Assembly: GCA_937625935.1 (NCBI GenBank)
Contig: OW569375.1
Location: 1-64,000, forward strand
Source: Tetramitus jugosus
Lineage: Eukaryota; Protista; Heterolobosea
Direction: 5' to 3'
DNA length: 64,000 nucleotides
The position numbers were made by a program, and so were the translations under genes. Of the stretch, positions 1 through 8,841 are shown one piece after another. Under the pieces are notes generated by a model. It ran no database searches. It saw only the letters and a program-made list of their open reading frames with translations, and had not been told where the DNA came from. Every line of letters begins with the position of its first letter. The first letter of the stretch is position 1.

Positions 1-581
1 CCCAAACCCAAACCCAAACCCAAACCCAAACCCAAACCCAAACCCAAACCCAAACCCAAACCCAAACCCAAACCCAAACCCAAACCCAAACCCAAACCCA
101 AACCCAAACCCAAACCCAAACCCAAACCCAAACCCAAACCCAAACCCAAACCCAAACCCAAACCCAAACCCAAACCCAAACCCAAACCCAAACCCAAACC
201 CAAACCCAAACCCAAACCCAAACCCAAACCCAAACCCAAACCCAAACCCAAACCCAAACCCAAACCCAAACCCAAACCCAAACCCAAACCCAAACCCAAA
301 CCCAAACCCAAACCCAAACCCAAACCCAAACCCAAACCCAAACCCAAACCCAAACCCAAACCCAAACCCAAACCCAAACCCAAACCCAAACCCAAACCCA
401 AACCCAAACCCAAACCCAAACCCAAACCCAAACCCAAACCCAAACCCAAACCCAAACCCAAACCCAAACCCAAACCCAAACCCAAACCCAAACCCAAACC
501 CAAACCCAAACCCAAACCCAAACCCAAACCCAAACCCAAACCCAAACCCAAACCCAAACCCAAACCCAAACCCAAACCCAA
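1..581. repeat. Telomeric repeat array (CCCAAA)n, i.e. TTTGGG on the G-rich strand
   Basis: 96 perfect CCCAAA units (1-576) plus a partial CCCAA, at the sequence start with the C-rich strand on +, as expected for a left chromosome end; a degenerate CCGAAA unit follows. Confidence 0.97.
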
Positions 582-627
582 CCGAAACAAGAAGAAAATA
601 ATAAAATTTAACAATCACCGTAGCATC

Positions 628-1401
628 ATGAAACTTGTCCATTTATTGTGTTGGTTCGTGTTGTTAGCTGTGATTCCATGGAATTCCATTCCACAAATTA
701 GGATCGCCCTGTGAGTTCTATTCGAGCTCAGTATGGCCCAAATATCACTTCCACTCACTTGAGTGGAGATTTAAATGAAAATGTGAAGCAATTGTTGCTT
801 CACCAAGTAAAGAGAGAGGTGATTGTTCTGGGTGAGTTTAACTCTGGTTCATTGAATGTGGGAGCTGCTTCTTTGTTGAAGAACAAGGGTCCATCGAACA
901 CAAATGATGTGTGTGTTGTGAATCCACTTTGATCCATCTCTTCAGACAAGTGATCTCCATTTGAACTATTACTCCTTCTTTTCAGTATCTTTATGGTTTC
1001 AGGTTGGTGGTGACAAGGATGAGTTTGGGCAATTTTTCGGTGCAGCAAATTTCAAGTCACCAATCAGAATTAAGCATATTTTCAAACATCTCTTCCCGCA
1101 AATATCGCATTTCAAAACAGGCTCAACATCAGATATTTTCTTGTTCTGTTTTTCCTTCCCTGACCGTACAATTGTTCGTGTGATTGGTGGTAACGGGAAT
1201 GGTTCAACCCGTGGAGGTGCGATTATTGTTGGATACTTTCTATTCTACATCAATTATAATAATAATTTCCCAGTAAAGATGTTTTCATTGTCAAGTCAGT
1301 TGAAACTAGGCAATATATTGTTGTTCATGGTTTTAGCAAAGACGAGTTGGCCATTGTGTTGGCCATGGATGCGTCTGTGGATACAGGATGTATTGTTGTA
1401 A
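628..1401 (+). pseudogene. Decayed secreted/surface protein, possibly beta-propeller repeat type
   Basis: Signal-peptide-like start [15 protein letters not shown] at 628, then broken frames with blade-like motifs (VIVLGEFNSGSLNVG..NDVCVV; QVGGDKDEFG..GSTSDIFL; VIGGNGN); multiple stops and frameshifts. Confidence 0.4.
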
Positions 1402-2448
1402 ATATTCTTTTTCCTTGATGTCAAACCATCAATTAACACGTATGGTAGGAATCATAGACTTCTCCTTCACAAAGAGGCACCTTTGTTAAACCAAATCCAC
1501 CTCAAGCTGAAACCCAGTTAATTTGTTCATCTCAGCAAGATGAATCAACAGTGAACAGAGGGGTAGTTGAGGTTCCAACTACTGTGACTCATAACCCTCC
1601 ATCTACATCTGATGGTGACACTGAGATCCGCATCCAACGCGTCCTCTGCCAAAGAGACAGAGGTTCCATCTACTGACTTGACTCGTTCATCTCACTGATG
1701 AATCAATGGTGAATGATGACTGCGAAAGAAGACAACCCGAGTCATAACAACATCAGCTGAATTAGTCACTTATTGTTTAGTTCAAAGATCTTTGCATCCT
1801 TTCGATTATACAATCATCGACTACGGATGCCGAGAGCATTGAATTTTTCACAACAAACGGATAATCTTAGGCACTACCTGTAGAAGAGAGTGACGAAGAG
1901 GATTCTGATAGCTAGAGAGTTCCTCTGGTGTCGGAGCTCTCAAGTTGTCAGTTCTTTGGTCTACGGCTCGAAAAAATAAACGCTTCGCCTTCAGATGCAA
2001 CCATCAATTGATCCAAACTTTGATTTGCGCATTCGTTCCCTTGATTCCAATCAGACATCTCGTTTCCTGAATCAAAAGAATCGATTAGTAGTTACTCAAC
2101 AACTGAATCTTCCACATCGAAACGCAAGGGGAGCTTCATCAACCAAGGGTGCATCCTTACGACAATCCCTTCCTCATTCTTTATCCCATTCACCAAAGAA
2201 TCATGACCTTTTACAATCACTTGCCAGGCCAAAGTCAGCTTTGAACCGTGTACCAAGCAATCGTATGTCTATTTCATTAGTTAAGTACCATTCCTCATAT
2301 CGCTTTGTCTCACACCCAAATCGAAAAGGAGCGATCCCACAACTGAAAGAAAAGCAAAGATCTGAAGTTGGATTAATTTATCGGTCAATGACAGATTTTA
2401 GCCCTGAGTGGTGTTTGATGGAATGTCTAACTTCCGATCTTTGCGCCA

Positions 2449-2680
2449 TCAAATCCTTCGGCCAAAATCCAAGCGTTCAAGCATGTAACTTCCACCCACA
2501 CTCGCTCCTCCACCAGAAACAATTTGAGTAAAATTTGAATTACCTCCTGGAATAGAAGTAGGCGAAATGTACATCAAGCCTCCCCAGCAAGCAATATTCT
2601 TATCCTTTATAGTACAAGTAGAATCAGGACCAGTAGCAACTTGGAGATATTTATGTGATGAACAACAGTCACAGGGAATC
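2449..2680 (-). pseudogene. RCC1/BLIP-II-like repeat fragment
   Basis: YLQVATGPDSTCTIKDKNIACWGG...FTQIVSGGG resembles RCC1-like repeats; no convincing start, isolated fragment. Confidence 0.35.
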
Positions 2681-2789
2681 GAACCTGATTCGATATTCCT
2701 TTCATCAAGTGATTGAAAACTATGCTGCATCTGAAACGAAGAATTATTGTGTGGTTCTGTTTACAAAAGCTAAAAATGAGATTTAGAGT

Positions 2790-2935
2790 ATCTGAAGAAT
2801 GAGTCATTTAAGGATGTAGTTCGGTAAAAATAAACCCACAATTTTTTCCATCGTAGGGTTAATTTCACCTCCCGCGCCTTAACGGTCTTCGCAGACCTTG
2901 TCACAGTGAGCACTCTGGATCTGAGAAACAGGTGT
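2790..2935 (-). ncRNA. Candidate Fanzor omega-RNA (scaffold at the element 3' end plus flanking guide); boundaries approximate
   Basis: Lies at the CDS 3' end and transposon right end, as for TnpB/Fanzor omega-RNAs; GGUCU-GCGA-AGACC GNRA hairpin (2897-2884) and a long hairpin (2869-2823) just inside the terminus. Confidence 0.65.
2808..2835. repeat. Right-end (3') terminal inverted repeat plus TTAA of the Fanzor element
   Basis: ttaaggatgtagttcggtaaaaataaac versus the reverse complement of the other end, ttaaggatgtagtgcgttgaacctcaac. Confidence 0.85.
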
Positions 2936-4985
2936 GTTATGACGTTCTTTGTTGTGATTAATAAGTACATCTTCGATATGATCATCACATTCATGGCAGT
3001 ATTGTCGCTTGAATGTCAATTTTTCCAACTCGGATACTGTTGAATTGTTCTTCCTTGAAAACACCAGCGGTCTTTGTCCAGTGGATAACCAGTGGTGGAA
3101 GATGGAGAGAATGTTTTTTGCTGCATTTCTGTCCCTGTCGTGAGTAACACCACATGATCTACCACTGTCAATACAGCGTTTCATGCATTGTTTTACTCCA
3201 TGAACAATCTTTCCATCTCTCTTCATATTCATCGTTTGACCGTGGCATCCATTACATTTCTGTGATGTCATGTATTCATCCACCATTATCACAATTGCCT
3301 TCTTGGACAGTGCCTTAATCAATTTGTTCTTAGGAACAGGTGCATGTCCCCTGTGAGTAGAAGAGAAACCAGCAGCACCCATCGCAATTACTACTGGCTG
3401 TCCACATGCTGGTGCTAAAAATCTTTCATGGACAACTTTATCGATGGTCTTTTGTCTCATCTGATAACTATCCCAGTTCAATTTGGTGACCTTTTTCTGG
3501 GAATAAAAATCATACAGTTCATCAGCAGCATTCAAAAATGATAGAATGTGTTCTTTGTATTCCTCGGTTGTTGCAACACCGGATGGTTTGATGTTGTTTT
3601 CCAACTTCTGAATTTTGTCTTCGCATGATGATTTGTACTTCTCCAATTTTCTCTGGTTTCTTTTGTGGTGGGACAAAAAATGATATTCTGCGCCACTCAG
3701 TCTATCGAAGTTGCCATCAGTATCCACCCAAGACAATATATTTCTGATTCCGGGGTCGCATCCATAAACACGTGAAGCCTTGGGGATGCCTGTAACACTC
3801 TTCATGTCATAGCAGTCTGGTTGAGTACAAGAAATACTTGGTTCAATCCTTCTCTTCTTTTCAAACCTTTTCTTTGTCGTCTTTTGGGGTAGTCGGTTAT
3901 TGATGTGGTTTCCTATCAATTTGTGCCTCAAACAAACAGATGCTTGGTACGAACGATAGTGTTCGTACCGGTGAAACCGGTTTTCAAACAAGAAAAATTG
4001 TAAATCAACTCTTGATTGTCACACTTGGTTTTCTTCATCAACTCTTTGGTTCCAATTTGCATGAACCTCATCTTGAACCCTGACATTGGCAGTAATGTGA
4101 ATCTCTTTCCGTCTTTCTTGTTGATGTATTGGAGCAATTCCCAGTAAAAATGGTAAACCTTGGATGGATTCTGTTTGATTGTCTCTTCTGTCAGTGGTAA
4201 GGATATTTGTAACATTTGACTGACCTCATCCAAAAGAAGAGGAATCAATCGAATAAGTTCTTCTGGTGGCAGTCTTCGAAAATCATGTACCGCTGTGACG
4301 TACATAATTTTCCTTGCAATGTATTCAACCACTCTTCTTCTTTCACCAGAAAGAATTGTAGAACTCTCACCAAGCAATTCATTCACTCTCATTCTCAGAT
4401 ATCTTCTCAGCCTTGCTTCGAAGGTGAAGACCAATGAATTTTCAATAGCAGTAGCAAACTCCTTTGCCAAGTAGTTCATGGTGATTGAATAACCACTCAG
4501 CGGTATCCTTAATTCCTTAGCTATGTCCAGTGATTTGACCCACTCTGGAATTTTCTCAATGTTTCTCTTCCATTCCTTACTCTCTTTCGAAAAGAGCAAA
4601 GAAGTAACCTTTTGCAACATGTTTTGGTCCATCACATCCATTGATAAATCATCTGTCAAGCACCTGAGTATATGAAAGTTGAGAAACCTCCCAAAATGAC
4701 CAGCCGTTCTTGTCATTTGTTTCACCCTTGCTCCAATTTCACCAATGAGTTTAGGCTGTTTGGACAAGAGTCTCTTCAGACCAACTTTGACTACGTAATA
4801 ATCAGAGTATTGTTTTTTTGTCAACAACTGTCCTCTTTCTCTTTCCGGACTTGGAAACACCCTTGGGCATTCGTTGTATGTTTTTTGAAAGTTTTGTTGT
4901 TTTGGTTTTTGGTTGGTTTGTGTTTTTTGAAAAAAATTTATACGTTTGCTTCTATTTATACGTTGAGGTTCAACGCACTACATCC
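2812..4985 (-). mobile_element. Non-autonomous TIR DNA transposon carrying a Fanzor gene, flanked by TTAA
   Basis: TTAA(2808-2811)+GGATGTAGT(2812-2820) at one end and ACTACATCC(4977-4985)+TTAA(4986-4989) at the other form a perfect 13-bp inverted repeat including TTAA, with imperfect similarity extending to about 28 bp; the ends tightly bracket the Fanzor CDS; no transposase inside. Confidence 0.88.
2879..4870 (-). pseudogene. Fanzor (TnpB-family RNA-guided RuvC endonuclease, Fanzor1-like), two frameshifts
   Basis: RuvC-I YGCDPGIRN, GAAGF..RGHAPVP, repositioned RuvC-II VDEYMTSQKC, zinc ribbon CNGC...CMKRC, RuvC-III HDRDRNAAKNI, C-terminal RPLVFSR; N-half (3928-4860) has VVKVGLKRLL and RFTLLPM; ATG at 4870 (MPKGVSKSGKRER); frameshifts at the A7 run 4813-4819 and at about 3945-3990. 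Confidence 0.92.
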
Positions 4986-4989
4986 TTAA
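4962..4989. repeat. Left-end (5') terminal inverted repeat plus TTAA of the Fanzor element
   Basis: Reverse complement matches 2808-2835; overlaps a small hairpin cgttga-ggt-tcaacg (4961-4975); the direct repeat atttatacgtt lies at 4936-4946 and 4954-4964. Confidence 0.85.
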
Positions 4990-5229
4990 TGTTGTGATTT
5001 GTGGTTGCACACTAAATGCTATTGTGCTCTTTGGAAGACAAGGCCGAGCAACCAGAAACAACAGAATTGACCAAGCATTGCCAAGAAGAGTGTTTTGAAG
5101 ACGATGGCAACAAAAATTTTACAAAATGACATATGACACACCGACGCACCTCACTGATGGTAGTCCCGGAGAGTCTTCATTCACCTAGCAACTCTTATCT
5201 TGTTCATTTCGCATAAACAACTACAAGGT

Positions 5230-6769
5230 TCATTGTGAATGTCCTTCATCGAAGAATGAAGTAAGAGCATCATACATATCACTCGACTTCAATTTGGTCG
5301 CAATCTCCTGAAAATTATACCTGTCATAGTCATGCCAGAAGTTGTAGGATTGCCGGAATCGTTCTTCATCAGTTCCAGTAAATTGATAGACAGACTTGTC
5401 ATCATCTTTTAAAAAACAGAATGTTTTCAATAGTGATTCACAATCATACACAGCCTTGTACTCTCGTAAACTGATCGTTCGATTTTGCTTCTCTCTCAGG
5501 TAGTCATTCGCACAAAAGGTAATAGTTCCCGCAAACACACATTCTTCATTCAATTTGTGAGCAAAACCCCAGTCAATCAAAACAGGACGTCCAATACTGT
5601 CTAATAAAATATTATCTGGTCTTATATCTCTATGACCAAAAGAAAGTGAGTGCAGTTTCTTCAATAGGTCAATTAATATCAAGCCTTTTTCCTTCGTAAG
5701 TACCTCAAGTGGTGCCAGTATCCCCAATGTGATGTATCCTCGAGAGTGATGAATCATTTTGGGAATATTTGCACTATGCTCCCCTAGATGAGCATGCAGA
5801 TGTTCGAGGATGCGAGCCTCATTTTCAAAACAGGCTAAGAATTTTTCTTCTTGACATACCTTCACTGCTTGGTTGTCACGGTTCTGAAAAACACAAGATG
5901 TCAAACCTTCTCCTAAGAATTTTCTAAGGGCCATACTTTCATTTGGTTCGATGATTGCATTTATAGAATCTAACTCGTCAGACTTCATGTTCAATAGTCC
6001 TGACAACATATCTAGACCAATAGTGCTCTGTGATCCATCAGTTGGAGCAAAGAGTAGGGATTTTGTTCGTGTAATTTGTATAGTTCTCCCATCCATGTTT
6101 CTATCTGCTCTCAAGAGGATAATCGAATTGTAATTGGATAAAAATCCATAGATTGCGTACCTTCTCGTCTGATGTAGTTCTAGGATCGTTCGCATATAGA
6201 AGGTTATTTGTCCAAGCATTGTGTCTGTTTCAATATTGACATGAGGTGCTTTGACATCACCTACACCGATCACAATCTTCGACAGTAATGGACCGATATT
6301 CTTGTCCTTCAAGTCAATTTCAAATTTTCTCAGAGTAATTGCAAAATCCGGTGATAATAGCTGTTCCTCCTCGCCAGTTTTTGGAGTGCGTGTCATGAAC
6401 TTTGAGAGAGGAATCAACTTCAAGCACTTTAAAGATTTCCCCAAATGTTTCTTGAACAAACACCTCATTGGTGCTGGTTTGAGAAGGAAAGTCATAGTTC
6501 AAAGTTTTTGGTTTCCAAAGGCTCCCAGGAAGGACGATAGTCTCGAAGGGTTTGATCCTACTATAATATGATGCATAAGTGGTTGAATCCAACTTGAATT
6601 TTTTGTTGTCACTCTGAAATTCTAGTTCTGCTCTCCTGGTCTTTTGTCGTTCTACAATATCAATTTGTTTTGTTTTCTCCTGTTCTCGTTTTGTTTTCTC
6701 CCGTTCACTGACGATTGTTACAATCGTTGAAGCTAAAACTTGGACGATGTCATCGTTTTGCTGTTCCAT
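5230..6769 (-). pseudogene. Crinkler/CR-effector-like protein: PD-(D/E)xK REase-like domain + protein kinase, one frameshift
   Basis: ATG 6769 (MEQQNDD), coiled coil, HDTH, then SPDFAI...VGDVK...LGQITFY...YGFLSN, then kinase LGEGLTSCVF, AVK, HRDIRPDN, LIDWGFA; the two ORFs join if one A is removed from the A5 run at 6378-6382 (about 512 aa). Confidence 0.75.
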
Positions 6770-6946
6770 TATTGATTGTTTTTTTGTTGAATGTTTGTTG
6801 GTCTCAACCGCAAAAAATCGCAAAAGGTTTCGCGAAATTGTTACAATCGGATAAAACTTCAGGAAGGAAAATCACTGGAATAACGACTGGCCATTGGAAA
6901 GGAAAAGAAGGAAAAGCAGGTTTTCTTCAGAAAGTACTTTATGAAT

Positions 6947-7128
6947 TTACAACTTGATGCTCTTGTATCTCTCGTCATCAATTGCCTCTCTCAAGATACC
7001 AAAAGGTGAGAAGTCTTCTCCGTTGATCACAGCCTTAAGCAGGGCTGGAGAGAAGCCAGCCAACATTGCAACACCTTGCTCGTTAGACTTGGCGGCAAAG
7101 TCACGCACATTCCAGTACGATCTGAGCA
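6947..7128 (-). pseudogene. C-terminal fragment of a DUF2828-like (vWA-fold) protein
   Basis: QIV-YWNVR...GVAMLAGFSPALLKAV...SPFGILREAIDDERY resembles the DUF2828 C-terminal pattern as I recall it; the 5' part is missing. Confidence 0.5.
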
Positions 7129-7207
7129 GATGAATCACCACGAGCCAAAACACCGAGATGAATCCTCTTCACAAAAAACCGACAACTAAAAAGAAGACAA
7201 AACAACC

Positions 7208-8481
7208 ATGAGAAGGACAACCAATCCCCATGAAAGCAATGGATATCTTGTCATGAATGACATGGCCAATAATCACATGAATAAGATTTTTTGGGCACTG
7301 AGTCTAGATTCATGGTCCAAGATCCTAGAGTTTTTGGACACCAGAGAATGGATGCAGTTGAGTTACACTTGCAAAGGGTTCAATCAATTCAAGTACAGCA
7401 AACAATGCCTGTTCAACAAGCGAAGAACGTTGAAACGTGATTTATCGTCTCGAAAGATTGAACACTTCTTTGCACTGGGAAAAGGAACATTGCTCAATGT
7501 GAGTAATGTGCACTTTCAATATTTAGAAGGTATTCATACGCTCGATATGAGTCATTGCAATCAAAAAACGATTTCAGATGAAGCATTTAAACACTTGACA
7601 GGTATTCAATCACTCGATATTAGTTTATGCTTTCAAATCACAGACAACGCGTTTTCTCATTTGAAAGGCATTCATACACTTTTGATGGCTTATTGTAATC
7701 ACTCAACGATCACAAATGAGGCGTTTAAACACTTGAAAGGTATTCACACACTTAATATGGTTGGTGTCCGGCAAGCAACAATTACAGACGATGCCCTTTC
7801 GTATCTTGAAGGCATTCACTCTCTCAATATGAGTCATTGTACTCAAATCACAGACAAAGCCTTTTCTTACTTGAAAGGCATTCATACACTCAACATGATT
7901 CGTTGTCGTCAAGAAACCATTACAGATGAGGCTTTTTCACATCTAGAAGGCATTCACACACTAGATATGACCAATTGCAACCAAAATACGATCACAGATG
8001 AAGCATTCAAGCACTTGAAAGGTATTCATACACTTACTATGGCCTATTGCAATCAACCAACAATTACCGATTGGGCTTTTTCTCATTTGGAAGGCATTCA
8101 TACACTCAATATGACTCTCTGCCAGCAAAAAACTATCACAGATGAAGCTTTTTCACATCTTGAAGGAATTCATACTCTGATTATTCTCCATTGTACATGA
8201 GTGGTTGTGATCAAGAATCAATCACAGATCGTGCATTCTCTCATTTGAAAGGCATTCACACACTTTCTATGCTTTGTTGTACTCAAACAACAATCACAGA
8301 CAGTGCATTCTCCTATTTGAACGGGATTCATACACTGGATATGAGACATTGTAATCAACAATATATCACCAACAAAGCAGTTTCAAATTTGAATCCACGT
8401 GATATCAGAAAAGATCAAACATTCATCGAAAATGTGACCTTATCTCTAAAAAAGTTAATGAATCGAATATTCGGGAAATAG
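7208..8481 (+). pseudogene. F-box + leucine-rich repeat protein with a frameshift at about 8190
   Basis: F-box-like LSLDSWSKILEFLDTREWMQLSYTCK; about 11 repeats of 24/26 aa (ITDEAFSHLEGIHTLxMxxCxQ); repeats continue in another frame at 8191-8481, as expected from a partial-repeat deletion. Confidence 0.8.
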
Positions 8482-8841
8482 GGAGAAGTGTATCACATTG
8501 CTGAAACAAAATCTTCGGTAACTATCTGACGACTCCTGGTAGAGTTGGATGATTGCCGCTGATCATTGGATAAAGTCTCCTTTGAAAGCGGACATCGAGA
8601 TTTGATTTATTGTCTTTGTCATATATGATACTTACACGATCCAAGAACATGTTTCATCAAGTGGGACGATCAACAGCGAGGAGGTCTCCAGGCTGTTAAG
8701 AAAGATTAACCAAGTAACTAAAAAGCTAGAGACACAAGGAACACTTTCTGATGAAGTGGAATTGATAAGAGGTTTGGCAGCTGAACTGCAATTTCGACTG
8801 AACAAACCAATTTGGGGGAAACACAAGAATGATGTTGTCGT

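Noticed and set aside
1-581. CRISPR-like or satellite interpretation of the repeat array
   Set aside because: There are no spacers; it is a terminal hexamer array with telomere polarity.
1995-2531. 178-aa ORF and the many short antisense ORFs in the track
   Set aside because: No recognisable motifs; most are shadows of real genes on the other strand or rely on non-ATG starts.
3975-4000. Programmed -1 ribosomal frameshift signal in Fanzor
   Set aside because: No in-frame X XXY YYZ slippery heptamer upstream of the hairpin, and the expected TDG motif is absent in both frames.
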